A stretch of 64,000 bases of DNA, taken from contig JBHGNT010000020.1 of NCBI GenBank assembly GCA_043228905.1, positions 1,984,001 to 2,048,000 on the forward strand, given 5' to 3'. A program made the position numbers and the translations under genes. Of this stretch, positions 12,098-26,078 are shown piece by piece (position 1 is the first letter of the stretch; each line of letters opens with the position of its first letter). The notes beneath the pieces were generated by a model. That model ran no database searches, was not told where the DNA came from, and saw nothing but the letters and a program-made list of their open reading frames with translations. The DNA comes from Azolla caroliniana. Lineage: Eukaryota > Plantae > Polypodiophyta.

Positions 12098-12583
12098 TGT
12101 TAGGAATTGACGCTTTCAAAACCTTCACCTCTCGGCCACAACCGAGGAAACACGAATCAATGCAGCAGTAAATCGAAAACACAGAGAGAGACTCGAATGC
12201 ACAGGGTTTAGCGTGGAAAACCCTAGACGGGAAAAACCACGGGAGTGCAAGACTCCAACTATCACTATATGCAGGGAATGTACAATGGCGAGCTGCAAGG
12301 GGACGACCTTGAGCTCGCTGTCCTCGCCACAGGCGGCGGTATTACACAGAGGCGTCTACCTCTTCCTTTCTCTCTCTCTCTCACTCTCTCTCTCTCGGCT
12401 GCTCTCACTTCGCTCCCTCTAAGTGGAAAACAGAAAAATGAGCAACAACAACAAAACTGTTTGCCCTAAGTCATATTTATACACATATGACTTTCGGGCT
12501 ATTTACAAATATAGCCTCGAGGGCCCTTGGCAAACATATTCACAAATATGTCCCCGCATCCGGATCTCTCTCCGGGTACATTC

Positions 12584-12750
12584 TGTCGAATACAAGTGTA
12601 TAATGGACGTATTCACACTATCCCTTTAGGCCATTTGTGTAATTAGCATAAAGGGTAGTTGCCCTAAGTCGGTCACTATATATAGTGACCTTGTAACCTT
12701 TTTGTAAGGTTGGGTGTTGTATTATTGCTTTATTGAATGAGAAAGTCTTT

Positions 12751-12795
<45 letters not shown>

Positions 12796-15700
12796 ACGAT
12801 CTATGATTCTGTTATACGCAGGTACTCAACAGCAATCAAATGCTTCTTGATCTTCCGCATAGACGACCTCGTCTACAACATCTGGTATCAGAGCCTGCAC
12901 AGTAGTCGGTCCTTCAATCTGCTGTCGGCCGTCGTCTCAGCCTGCACAGCATTCGGTTTCCTGCGTCATTCGAAGAAGAGAGAAGAAGAAGAGAAACGAG
13001 GCTTGCATCTCATCGCGTTAGATCATCTTCGCTTGGAGTAAGCCAGCAGGTTGTACTCTGTCCCTTGTGATCGTAACCGCTCGAGGTGAAATCCCCTTGT
13101 GCAACATTGACACGATCGTGCTCCACCCGGTTAAACGGCATCCGAAGAGGTAATCAAACGCCGCTCATTGTAACCACTCGGTGCAGATCGGTCTTAAGAC
13201 AACAACCCCAAATTCGTGCTTCATCTGGCTGATCGACATTCGGGAGGATCAGTTGGATCCGTCTCTCTCGTTGCTGCAGTCAACCGAAGCAGAATCGGTC
13301 CAGATAATCGGTTTCAATAATCGGTATTCGGCATATATATCCGAAGCGAACCGGGCTCACTCCGACTCGGCAACATTCGGGAAGACCAGTCGGTTCTGTC
13401 CCTCAAGCTACCGGAGTCAATTCGAGCAAGTTCCGAAGCCGAACCGACTCGGGTTCAAATCCGACTAGAACGATATCGGGTGAGCCAACCGGCTGCACTC
13501 CAACAAGGTTCGTAGTCAACTCCGAACCGAGCTCCGTCAACCGAAACCAAATTTGATGGCATCAACATCCGGCTCGTCAGAAATGAGTCTACGCAAGTTC
13601 GATGGATCGAACTTCAACTTTTGGAAGGAACAAATGCAGGACTATCTCATAGTCAAGGGGCAAATCGATCCCATCGAAAATGAAGAACCTCCAGAAGGAT
13701 ACAAACCAATTGAGTGGCAGAAGCTGGACAGAATCGTCCGCGCCACGATTCGGATGCACCTATCGGAATCGGTATACTTTACGGTGCAATCGTGTACGAC
13801 AGCATTCGAACTGTGGAAAACACTGTCGGACACTTACGAAAAGAAGGTCGCCGCAACAAAGATGTTTCTGATCCGGCGCCTCTACAACTTGCGGATGAAA
13901 GAATCCGACTCGGTTCAAGCACACCTCAATGAGTACGAAAGCATAAGCTCCCAAATCTCGTCACAGGGGACGGCAATCGAGGATGAACTCAGAGCAATGA
14001 TACTCATGAGTAGCCTTCCCTCATCATGGGAAACTTTCGTCACAACCGTGTGCAACGCGTCAACCACGGCTGTTAAATACTCCGAAGTCACGAGCGCAAT
14101 CCTGACCGAAGCAGCTCGGAGAAAGTCTTTCGCCAAAGACTCAACAGACGACGCTTATGTAGTACAAGGTTCGACAGACCGATCGAACATACGAGGAAGA
14201 GATTCCTCACGGCCGCCGAACAATCAGTGAAGACGGAGCCAGTCACGGGATAACCGAATCTGCAACTATTGCAAGAAACCCGGACACATCAAAGCCGACT
14301 GCCGCGCACTCAAGAACAAGAACAACAAGAAGAGTGGCCGGCATGAGGAGATCAATTACGTCAGCTTCTCAGCTGATGTGCTACCAGACGACCCGAATAT
14401 ACTATCAATCGAAAATCCAGTCGGATCAGAAGTTCTACTCACGACTGAAGAGTCGAGCACATGGCTCTTAGATTCGGGCGCGTCATTTCACGTGACTCCT
14501 CATCGATCCCAATTTCGGCAATATACGATCCGTCACTCCGACTCAGTTCGAGTCGGCAACTCACAACACTGTGACATCATCGGAATCGGCACAGTAGAGC
14601 TCAACCTTGCAGGGGGCTCTACACTTGTACTCCACAATGTCCGACATGTACCCGAGCTCTCAAGGCCATTGATCTCAGTCGGACAACTAGATGAAGACGG
14701 CATTCGTGCCGGTTTTTCTTCGGGAGGGTGGACACTCCACAGGGGGAACCTCCTGCTTGCTAGAGGACCCAAGATACACTCACTGTATCCGTTACATGTT
14801 ACGCTCAGAGAGGGTAACCTGTTTTTGGTGGATATTCCTGTGTCATCACTATGGCACAGAAGATTAGGACACCTCAGCAAGGCCGGCATTACGCATCTAT
14901 CTAGAGCCGGATACATCCCCAAACTCTCCTTCTCCGACCATCAATTCTGCGAGCATTGCCAGTATGGCAAACAAGCAGCCGCATCACACCCAACATCAGC
15001 ACCAAGAGAAACGAGACCTCTTGATTTAGTCCATTCGGACGTCTGTGGCCCAATGCCGCATCAGTCTCTAGGTGGTGCCTCTTACTTCGTCAGTTTTATT
15101 GACGATTCGACTCGAAAGGTGTGGGCTTATCCAATTCGCACCAAAGATCGTGTCTTCTCGATCTTCACCGATTGGCTCGCTATGGTAGAAAATCAAACCG
15201 ACCGAAAGCTGAAATGCCTTCGGACAGACAATGGGGGAGAGTTCAAATCCGAAGAATTCGTCAAATTCTGCCGACAACGCGGCATCCGACGTGAATTTAC
15301 GGCACCACACAACCCGGAGCAAAACGGGATTGCCGAACGAATGAATCAGACAATCCAAGAAAGGATAGTTTCCATGCTCCAACACTCCGGACTGACGGAT
15401 GGCTTCTGGGCAGAGGCTCTACTCACGGCAGTACACATAATCAATATGTCGCCAAGTAGACCTCTAGGACTTCAAATTCCTCAGGAACTATGGATCGGCA
15501 GTAAGCCGAATTACGACAAGCTGAGGATCTTCGGATGCGAGGCGTACGCCCTTATTCCGAAAGATGATCGCCGAAAACTTGCACCTCGGTCCAGGAAATG
15601 CATTTTCCTCGGATATGGATCCGACGGCGAAATGGGATACCGACTCTGGGATCCCGAACGCAGACAAATCGTCCGAAGTTCGGACGTTGTGTTCAACGAG

Positions 15701-17230
15701 TCGGCTATGAATCCATCAGTCGAAAAACCGATCGAAGTCCGAAGGGTAACATTTTCCGATGTGCCGACCCTTCAAGAAGGCCCCGCTCTCAACACACGGT
15801 CAGCTTCACGGGTAGCTGAACCTTACACTACCGACTCGGACAACTCCGACTCGGCACAACAGAACAATCCGCTTTCGGACCATCCGACCTCGATACCCGA
15901 TGCGACCAGTCCAATCATACCTCGACGATCCGAGAGACTGTCGCAACCTCCGGAGAGGTATTCTCCTGGAATTTTCTTCACGGACGCCGGCGAACCGACG
16001 TCTTACGAAGAAGCATCGACATCTGTCGATTCCGCCACCTGGCATCTGGCGATGGAGTCGGAAATGCACTCCATTCGGGCAAACAAGACTTGGGATCTGG
16101 TCGAATTACCTAGGAACCGACGTGCTCTTCCTTGCAAGTGGGTTTATCGACTAAAAGAGACGTCTGATTCGACCACCCCAAAGTACAAGGCCAGATTAGT
16201 TGCGAAGGGCTTCCGACAAGAATATGGCGTCGACTTCGACGAGATTTTTTCACCAGTGGTGAAAATGACAACCCTTCGTTTTCTACTCGGCGTAGTGGCA
16301 GCCGACAACTTGGAGCTGATTCAGCTAGATGTCAAAACAGCCTTCCTCCATGGTGATCTCGAGGAGGAAATTTATATGGAGCAGCCAAAAGGCTTCGTGG
16401 CACCCGGCCAAGAACATCTAGTCTGCCGACTCAGGAAGAGTCTATACGGCCTCAAACAGGCACCGCGACAATGGTACAAGAAGTTCGACGACTTCATCCA
16501 ATCGATCGGCTTCTCCAAAAGCGATGAGGACCATTGTCTCTTCACCAACACAGCTCAAGATGGATCACCCATCTTCCTCATCATTTACGTGGACGACATG
16601 CTAATTTCTGGACGCCACGCGGGCGAACTTGCCGATCTCATTCGGCAACTGCGGTTGAAGTTTGCCATGAAGGACCTCGGTCCGGCACGACACATACTCG
16701 GCATGAAGATTAGTCGGCATCGCGACAAACGACATCTTTTTTTGTCTCAGACCGACTATATCGGACGTGTCTTGGAACGCTTCAACATGCAATCAGCCAA
16801 ATCTGCTTCAACCCCGCTCCCAATGAATCTTCGGCTCTCTCAGCGAGACTGCCCGACATCCGGCCCGGAGGGGGAAGATATGAAGTCGGTACCGTATGCA
16901 CCGGCAGTCGGCTCCCTTATGTACCTGATGGTCGCGACACGGCCTGATATTTCTCATGCCGTAGGAGTCGTTAGCAGATTTATGCACAATCCTGGCCGAT
17001 CGCATTGGAACGCAGTCAAGCATGTGTTCAGATATCTGGCTGGCACAAAAGACCATGGCATTCTTTTCGGTCCGAACCGAACCTCAGGCGTAGTCGGTTA
17101 CACCGACTCGGACTTCGCCGGCTGTATAGACAGTCGGAAATCAACAACCGGATACTGCTTCAAATTCGGCAATGGAGCAATTTCGTGGAAGTCGAAACTT
17201 CAGGAGTGCACAGTGACCTCAACGACCGAA
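12584..17230 (+). mobile_element. Copia family C (Tnt1/Tork-like), inserted in the A2 3' LTR and truncated in RNase H
   Basis: 5' LTR 12584-12880 (TG..CA), Met PBS 12883-12894, about 650-nt leader, then gag-pol. Confidence 0.93.
13553..17230 (+). pseudogene. gag-pol: Copia gag-pol of C (one in-frame TGA at 14228; truncated)
   Basis: FDGSNFNFWK gag; CNYCKKPGHIKADC knuckle; WLLDSGAS protease; HSDVCGP/TDNGGEF integrase; YVDD RT; YTDSDFAG RNase H. ORFs 13553 and 14378 share a frame. Confidence 0.92.
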
Positions 17231-20196
17231 CTTCAGCCCGTAAAGGCTCTTCTTCAACCGGCATACCAAGTGCTCCTTCCCTTTCTTCTCGAATCCTTCC
17301 GGTTGCTGCATGTAGATCTCTTCTTCGAGGTCACTGTGAAGGAATGCCGTCTTCACGTCCATCTGTTCTACCTCGAGGTCCATGCTTGCCGCTATGCTCA
17401 GCACCGTCCGGATGGAGGTCATCTTCACTACCGGGGCAAATATCTCGTCGAAGTCGACGCCCTTCTTCTGTTGGAACCCCTTCACCACGATCCTGGCTTT
17501 GTATCTCGGGGGGTTTCCGGCATCTCCCGGTTTCAGCTTGAACACCCACTTGTTTCGAAGTGCCCGCTTTCCTTTCGGCAACTCCACAAGTTCATATGTG
17601 TGGTTCTCATGCAGGGAATCCATCTCCTCCTGCATGGCACTTAACCACCTGCGGCTATGGGTGTCAAGCTTTGCTTCTTCAAAACTCTCCGGCTCCCCCT
17701 CGTCGGTTAGCAGCACGTGCTCTGGTTCCGGAAATCTCCGGGGGGCCCTTCTCTCGCTTAGAGGATATCTCCGTTCCGGAGCTTCGGTAACCGGCTCCTC
17801 CGTTTCCTCTTCATCCGAATCCATTTCGGGATCGGGGCCGGTTCCGGTATCAGTTTCATCTTCCTCGGCCGGTTCTGTTTCTTCACCGTCTTCGGCCGGA
17901 TCCTCGAGTGCTAACCGGTCCCTTGCCGGTCGGGACTGCTCCTCGTAGAGTTTATCCTCACCGGTCGACTTGGAGCTCTTCATCTTCTTCTCCGACTCCC
18001 AGTCGGCGAGTGTCTTGTCCTTCATGAAGATGATATCACGACTCCGGAATATCTTTTTGTCGACCGGGTCCCATACTCGGTAGCCGAACTCGTCATCGCC
18101 GTAACCGAGGAATATGCATGGCCGGGTTTTTGGATCTAGCTTTCCTCTCCGGTCCTTTGCCACATGCACATATGCGAGACACCCCAACACCTTCAGATGC
18201 CGGTAGGATACTTCCCTACCGGTCCACACTCTCTGCGGCGTGTCTCCGTCCAAAGGTACTGAGGGTGATCTGTTTATCACGTATGTCGCCGTCGACATTG
18301 CCTCAGCCCAAAAACCCTTGGGTAATTTCGCATGCGCCAGCATACTCCGGACCCTCTCCATTATGGTCCGGTTCATCCTCTCGGCCAGCCCGTTCAGATT
18401 CGGCGTATTCGGCACAGTAAACTCGAGCCGGATTCCCTTCGAGCGACAGTACTCCTCGAACTGCCCCCGGTATTCCCCTCCGTTATCTGCTCGTATCGCT
18501 TTCAGCTTCTTGCCGGATTCCCTTTCCACTCTCGCGTGGAGTTCTTGAAGACGCACAACACTTGGTCCTTTGTCTTCAACGGTGCCGTCCACAGCTTCCG
18601 GCTGTGGTCATCAATGAATGTCACGAAGTACTGGGCTCCGCCATGTGACTTCGTTTCTACTTGACACACGTCAGTGTGCACCAACTCCAATGGTGCGCTA
18701 CGTCTCGTCGGTGGCCTTGAGTGGAAGGAGGTTCGGTTCTGCTTACCGGCCAGGCAATCGGTGCACTTCTCCAGGTGCACGTGCTTCACTGGAATAAGGT
18801 TGTCTTCTGCAAGCCTCTTCATCCCCTTCTCACTCATGTGGCACAGTCTCTTGTACCACAGCTCACCGGCAGTGTCGGTTGCCACGTTCAACTCCTCCGG
18901 ACACAACCAGGCACTCATAAGGTACAGTGTGTTGACTTTTCGGGCCCGAGCCACTATCAGGCTCCCCTTGCTGAACTTCATTACGCCGTTCCGGATGCTA
19001 CCTGTGTAGCCTTCATCGTCTAGCCTCCCGGCCGAAATCAGGTTCAATCGAACCTCTGGAACGTGTCGGACACCCTTCAGCAACATTTTGCATCCGGTCG
19101 AGGTTGTCAACCACACGTCTCCTATGCCGGCAATCCGGCACGTACCTTCATTTCCCATCCGAACACAGCGATGCTCACTGGCTGTGTAGGATGAGAAGTA
19201 TCTTCTTTCCGGGGTCAGGTGGAATGACGCTCCGGAATCGACCACCCAGGTAGTCTCATCGCCGGCAATGTTTAGTTCACCTTCTTCGGTGATGAGCATG
19301 ATCTCCTCTTCACTTGCCGCGAGTGCCGTCGTTCCTTTCCGGTCCTGCCCTTGCCGATCCGAACCATTCCGGTCCGTGGCTCCCCGGTAAGCACCGTTCC
19401 GTTCCGAAGACTTCTTCGTATCAGTGTCGTCGGCTCCGTTGTCTTTTCGGTAATGCCGACAATTCTTTCGGAAGTGCCCCGGCTTCCCACAGTGGAAGCA
19501 TGTGGGCCTTCCTCTTGACTGCGACCGGGTCCCAGACTTCTTCCGTCTTTGCGGACTCCGGTTCTGTTGTCTTCCCCGATCCGATTCGGAAAGCAGCATC
19601 TTCGGATCGGAGGCCGGTTCTTTATCTCTCCGACGCGCTTCTTCGTTCAAAATGCTTGTCTTTACCGTTTGTAGGGACAAGTTATCCTCGGTGCAGGAGG
19701 TGCTGAGAGTCACCACCAAGTTCTCCCAGCTTGCCGGCAATGTACACATCAGGATGATGGCTTGCATTGCATCCTCCAACGGGAACTTGATCGCCGCAAG
19801 CTGGTTCACGAATCCCATGAACGTGCTTACGTGTTCCACCATACTCTCGCCGTCCCGGTACTTGAGGTTCACTATCTTCCTCATCAGGGAGGTCCGGTTC
19901 AACGCATTCTTCCTCTCGTAGAGGCCCGACAGCTTCTGCCACATCTCATATGCGTTGGTGTCGTTCGCCAGATGTTGTAGAACGCTCACGTCGACGTATT
20001 GCCGAATGGTTGCAACGGCTTTCCGGTTCAGAAGGCTCCATTCTGTCTCAAGTACCCCCTTGGATATTTCCGACCTGTCGATCGGTTCATACAGGTCCCG
20101 AACAATGAGCAGATCCTCCATCTTTATCTTCCAGTCGGCGTAGTTCTGCGCATTCAGCACTATCATCCCAGGCTGCCCGCTGCCGCCGCCTTCCAT
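17231..20196 (-). pseudogene. gag-pol: Copia gag-pol of A2 (1-bp deletion near 18545; truncated in RT)
   Basis: ORFs 18502-20205 and 17219-18592: CFHCGKPGHFRKNC, VVDSGAS, integrase, then RT up to LKKSLYGLK. A2 has TTCTTGAAG where A1 has TTCTTTGAAG. Confidence 0.92.
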
Positions 20197-20227
20197 TTTC
20201 TGCACTGCAGTCGCTCTGATACCAGAT

Positions 20228-20865
20228 TGTTAGGAATTGACGCTTTCAAAACCTTCACCTCTCGGCCACAACCGAGGAAACACGAATCAATGCAGCAGTA
20301 AATCGAAAACACAGAGAGAGACTCGAATGCACAGGGTTTAGCGTGGAAAACCCTAGACGGGAAAAACCACGGGAGTGCAAGACTCCAACTATCACTATAT
20401 GCAGGGAATGTACAATGGCGAGCTGCAAGGGGACGACCTTGAGCTCGCTGTCCTCGCCACAGGCGGCGGTATTACACAGAGGCGTCTACCTCTTCCTTTC
20501 TCTCTCTCTCTCACTCTCTCTCTCTCGGCTGCTCTCACTTCGCTCCCTCTAAGTGGAAAACAGAAAAATGAGCAACAACAACAAAACTGTTTGCCCTAAG
20601 TCATATTTATACACATATGACTTTCGGGCTATTTACAAATATAGCCTCGAGGGCCCTTGGCAAACATATTCACAAATATGTCCCCGCATCCGGATCTCTC
20701 TCCGGGTACATTCGTCATCCGGCTCCGTAGCCGGGGTCTTCATCATCCGGATCCGAAACCGGGTCTTCATCATCCGGTTCCGATACCGGGTACTCCTCAT
20801 TCGGGTCTTCATTCCCGATTCCCGGACATCTGACCATCCCATCCGGAGGGACTGTAATCCCAACA
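20228..20865 (-). repeat. 5' LTR of A2
   Basis: TGTTAGG...CCCAACA, next to the PBS. Confidence 0.95.
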
Positions 20866-20870
20866 CCCGC

Positions 20871-22130
20871 ATGGGAGCTCGAGGAGCCGATGTCGGTACC
20901 GGCCAGGAAGGAAGAAACTCGGAGTTGGCTTGAGACGGGCTCAGCCCCGAGAGGAGTGGTCAAAGGTCTCTCCGGAGGTGTGGCTCTAGAAGAGCTGTCG
21001 CAGATGGTGCGAGATCTCCAAATCGCATAGGCCCGGAGGGACAACGACGAACAGTCTCGTGACCGAAGGCCGCCGATGGCGCAACGGTGCATGTGGTGCG
21101 ACGCGGTCGGCCACATCCGGAAAGAATGCACGGATTTCGCCAAGGCACTCAGGACCAACATGCTGTACCCAGAAAGCCCTAGAGTTGAATACGGGGCGCA
21201 ACGGAATGAAGTGGTTGATGGAAGAGGTTGGGGGTTGCAGAGGCCGTTAACTACTCGGCGTCGGCAGGAATCCAGGTCGGGGGTGATGAGGCCTGGAAAG
21301 CGAAGGACTCCGGATTCTGGCCGCTGGTGCTAGAGGGTCTCTCCAGAGTACAGCTGAAGAAGGAAGAGGCAGACCGCGCGGAACAACGGATGCGGGAGGT
21401 CACCAGATGGGATGAGCCGGTGGAAGAAAAGACTGGCTTCGCGGCAGCCGCATGCCAAAACTACGAGGTTCTGGTAGAAGACAAGCGCGTGGGAAAGGCT
21501 AGAGGGGGCGGCCCCTCGCAGCGGTATGAGACTTGGTTTGGACCGAAACCGAATGAGGCCGCCAACGCCGGCGCATCGGAGAAGAAGAAGCAGGCCGGTT
21601 TCCGGCTAAGCACCGAAATCGAATGAACAACAGACCTGCGGAAGGTCCTAGAAGAGAGAATTCTCGACAACAAGGTCGAGATGTTACGGGAGGTGCTGGG
21701 AATCGCCAAGAAGGAGTTCCACGACTCCATCTTGGACTTGGTAAAGCGGAAGAGGCTCTCGACGGAGCCGGAACCGGAGAGGCCCGTGGAAGTGCGGACG
21801 ATGCACTTAGAAGACACGACCCTAGAGGATGAGTTGGCGGAAGGCCACTACGCGAAGCCGCTTTCGGTTAGGGCCACCACGGAAACCCCTGTTCGGATCG
21901 GCGACGTCCAGGAGCCGGTGGTGGCATTGGTAGACCATGGTTCGGAGATCAACCTGATGTCTATGGACTTCTATAAAAAGGGGAAATGGCCGATCAACAC
22001 CAAGCACGGGTGGAATATACGTGCAGCGATGTGCGCTACAGAGGAGTTGCAAGGTGTGTGCCCGAACGTACGCGTGAAGATTGGCGATGTTGAGATAGAT
22101 CAACATTTCTTCATGCAAGAGACTTCCTCG
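20871..22130 (+). pseudogene. gag-pol: D'' piece 2: gag zinc knuckle and aspartic protease
   Basis: CMWCDAVGHIRKEC (CX2CX4HX4C) at about 21088-21129; ALVDHGSEINLM protease motif at about 21924-21960. Confidence 0.82.
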
Positions 22131-22530
22131 TGACGGGAATGTAAAAAGTAACGTGTGGAAGCAAGTATGAAGACCGAACAGAAGGAAGAAAACTCAGGTT
22201 TAATGGAGAGCTTGAGCTTATGCAGTATACGCGGGAGAGACAGAGAGAGTGAGAGAGAGAAAAACAAGAACTATATTCACTACACTATACATATGTGTGT
22301 TCAATGAACACTTTTATACAAGTCCTAGAAGGACTGACAGAAGTACTGACAATACTTCAATGCTCATTAAGAGCTCCTACACTAACTCCCAAATATATTC
22401 CTCACGGAATATCTTTCCTAACGGCCTCCCGGTTTACGCACCGATCCGGCCCTACCTACGCAACTGATCGGTCCCAACTGATCCGGTCCTCGGCTTCTTC
22501 AGCCGATCCGGCCGATGTTGAGCTTGTCTC

Positions 22531-25500
22531 TCAACACTCACCCTCAAGCTCAACTTGAGGCTCTTCGGGATCTTCGGGCTCACAACTCCGGTTCCTCCTG
22601 GCTTCACGCCTCGCTCGCGCTCCACGACCTGTTCGACTCCGCGCGCTTCGACCCTTCCGATCGGCTTGTCTACTCATGTGGCCCTTATCAGCTCTTCTGT
22701 TGTTGCGGTGTTGACGCTTCTCCTGCTGCCTTTTCTTCCGCTTGGGCCTCGGTTGATTCAGCGTATCTGAATCAAACATCCGAACCGACTCGGCTACCTC
22801 CGATCGGTTTTCGCTCTCGTCCGAGTTGGCTGTCTCCAACTCCTCTTCGGTCTTCTCGCCCTCGATGGCGTCATCTTCCCCATGCGTGGCTGGCTTCGGC
22901 TCTCTCCTTCGGCTGCTCCCCTTCTGTCCGCTTCCGGACTTTTCCGCGGGTCCGCCCTCGGCTTCTTCAGCCGATGCTGCCTCGCTTGGTCGTTCGGGAC
23001 TGTTTCTCCCCCTCAAGTTCGGCACGTCAAGGTGACGCAATCCTAGCGCACCGGAGAATTGCCGCAACTTGTCCAGACCAAGAGGCTTGGTGCAGATGTC
23101 GACAGTCTGCCGATCCGTCGGAACGTACTGAAGTTCGACTTCACCGGAAAGACCACGCTCACAGACGAAATGGTAGTGCACCTCAATGTGCTTGGTCCGT
23201 GCGTGGAAAACGGGATTTTTCACGAGCTGGATGCTGCTGAGGTTGTCGCAGTAGATCGTCGTCGGATCTGACACCTCCTCTTGCAGGTCCTTAAGTAGCC
23301 GCTTCAACCATATGGCTTCTCATGTCGCGACAACCACTCCTCGGTACTCAGTTGCAACTGTTCGACAGTGCAACTGACTGATCACTCCAACCGGATAACT
23401 GAGGTCGGGTCGGGTGATGGTCAAGTATATGAGGCTTGCAACAATTTGTTGGAACCTCGTTGGGTCGCATACCTTTCCCGTATCGGGACGAAGCTTGACG
23501 GTTCTGTCCAGAGGAGTCGAGACGGACTTACAGTCGGCCATCCCGAATTTGAAGAGCATACTCAGCACGTAATGACGTTGGCTGATCAATATGCCTTCGG
23601 GGGTACGGATCACTTCGATCCCGAGGAAGTAATGAAGGTCCCCCAGATCCTTCATGTCGAACGATGCCGCAAGTTGGAGCTTCACGCGGTCGAGTTCACC
23701 TAGGTCGGCGCCGGTGATGACCAAGTCATCAACGTATAGTAAAATACTAACCGGTCTGAGTCGACCTTTCCGGATGAATAGGGAAGAGTCTGATTTTGAC
23801 GTGACGAAGCCCATCCGACGCAATTGTTGCGTGATCTTCGTGTTCCAGGCACGCAGGGCTTGCTTTAGTCCGTAAAGGGACTTCTTCAGTCGGCATACTG
23901 CCGAGGAGTTCGTTCCGGAGTGAAATCCGGGGGGCTGTACCATGTACACCTGTTCCTCAAAGTCACCTTGCAGGAACGCATTCTTTACATCCATGTGATG
24001 TAAGTGCCACCCTTTCACCGTAGCTACTGCGAGCAAAACACGGACAGTCGTCATTTTCGCGACCAGCGCAAACGTCTCATCGTAGTCGATGTCGTGTTTC
24101 TGCGCGTAGCCCTTTGCCACTAGCCGAGCCTTGTACCGGTTGACCGAGCCATCGGTGTTGTACTTGACCTTGTACACCCATCTACACCCGATCGGTTTTA
24201 CCCCTCTTGGTGCATCAATCAGGTCCCAGGTCTCGTTCTCCGCCAATGCATGCATCTCTTCCTCCATCGCGGCACGCCAATTCGCGTCTTTAGCCGCTTC
24301 TGCGTAGCTCTCCGGCTCACGCACTTCCGTTACACGGGTCATGTACGCATAAGGATGCGCCATGTACTCGTTGTATCCGAACTGCAAAACAAGGTTCTTC
24401 TGGCGGGTAGATCGGAGTAATCTCACATTAGCCAATGTCGAGGCCTTCTCGGTCGACGCGGACTTCACCTTTAAAGACCCGTCACCGGTTCCCTCAGAGT
24501 CGGACTCGCGTCGGTCTGACTCGTTCCTATCCGTGCCGGAATCCGACACCTTCTTCTTCCCTTTCTCTTTGCGCGTAAGCCGTCTCCTCAACTTCCTGCG
24601 CGAGGAATGCAAGGCCGAGTCTCCACTACTCGCCGGCTCTTCATCGGACTGATCGTACCGACTCGGTCGTCCAATCTGTCCACTTAAACGAAGTGAAATC
24701 AGACTCTCTTTGCGGGTCATGATTTCGGGCTCATCCGGAGGCATCTCGGCCTCGCTGACCTCATCGTCAGAACTCGGATTGGAGTCGGGGGCTGGTACCA
24801 GGACGCGGACTCGTCAACCACAACGTCGCGGCTAACACGCGCTTGTTTGGTGCGAGGGTTATAGCACTTATAACCCTTCTGCTCGTCCGAGTAACCGACC
24901 AAGATGCATTTCTCGGCCTTTGCATCCAGCTTCCTCCTTTTCTCCTTCGGTACATGCACATACATAATGCTACCGAACACCCTCAAGTGTCGCAAGTTTG
25001 GCTTCGTTCCGAAATATAGCTCGTGCACCGACACTTTGTCTCCGATCCGGTTCAGGATGTATACCGCGGTCCTTACCGCCTCGGCCTAGTAGAACTTGGG
25101 CAAGCTCTTCTCCTCCAACATTGCCCGTGCCGCTTCCACAACTGACCGATTCTTCCTCTCGGCCACGCCGTTCTACTCCGGCGTGTATCTACAACTGAAT
25201 TCGCGCCGAATTCCCATTTGTTGTAGATAACCGTTGAATTGACTAGAAAAGTACTCTTTCCCACCATCCGACCGCACGCACTTGATCTTTCGTCCCGTTT
25301 CCGTTTCCATGAACCCTTTCAGGTCCCGGAAACAGTCGAAGACTTCGCTCTTCCTCTCAATGAGGTAGATCCACGTGTGCCGCGTGTGGTCGTCGATGAA
25401 GGAGACGAAATATCGGCTCCCGCCAAGACTAACGTTTTGTGCCGGCCCCCATACATCGGAGTGTATAAGGTCGAGCTTGTTCCGGCTCTGGTTTCGCTCG

Positions 25501-26078
25501 TTGGGGAAAGGAAGTCGGCATTGCTTCCCGAGCTGGCAGGCTTCACAAATTTGTGCCTTTCAACCACTAAATTTGGGCAATCCGAACACCACCTGTTTCG
25601 ATTGCAGATCTTGAAGCCGCTGGTAGTTGACGTGGCCTATCCGCTTGTGCCACCAGTCGATGTCTGACTCGGATTTTTGTCCCTTCGCGAACATTGCGGT
25701 GCCGCCGTCAATGGAGTCGAGGATGAACATCCTCCCGTCTCTGCGCCCTTACGCAATCACACGACCTTCTTCCTTAATGAAACACCCGAGGTGTGTAAAC
25801 CGAACCTCCATCCCTTGGTCGACGATCTGTCCGACCGACACCAAGTTTTTCGTGATTGTCGGAACGTGCAGCACGTTCATGAGTTTCCCTTTCTGCCCGA
25901 CATGGCTAAGGGGAACTTCTCCGACATTCGCGATCGGATGCAGAGTGTCGTCTCCAGTTGCGACTACTCCAGGTTGTATCGGTTTTTCAAGGTACGAGAA
26001 CCACTCCTTATGGCTCGTCATGTGGTTTGACGCGCCGGAGTCTACGTACCACACCTGGTCCGATCTTGGGGTTCTCAA
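22531..26078 (-). pseudogene. pol: pol of B1 (PR, INT, RT, RNase H plus charged C-terminal extension), disrupted
   Basis: WYVDSGASNHM, HLRVFGS, LYVDDL, HARTKHIEVHYHFV motifs; several stops and frameshifts. Confidence 0.9.

Larger units (their letters stand above)
12098..20865 (-). mobile_element. Copia family A copy A2, very young, 3' part deleted and fused to element C
   Basis: TSD CCCGC at 12093-12097 and 20866-20870. 5' LTR 20228-20865; the 3' LTR remnant 12098-12583 looks identical to 20228-20713. Met PBS at 20213-20224. Confidence 0.95.

Noticed and set aside
14378-17644. 1088-aa ORF as an intact Pol
   Set aside because: The last ~138 aa are antisense A2 RT after the 17230 junction, and RNase H is truncated.
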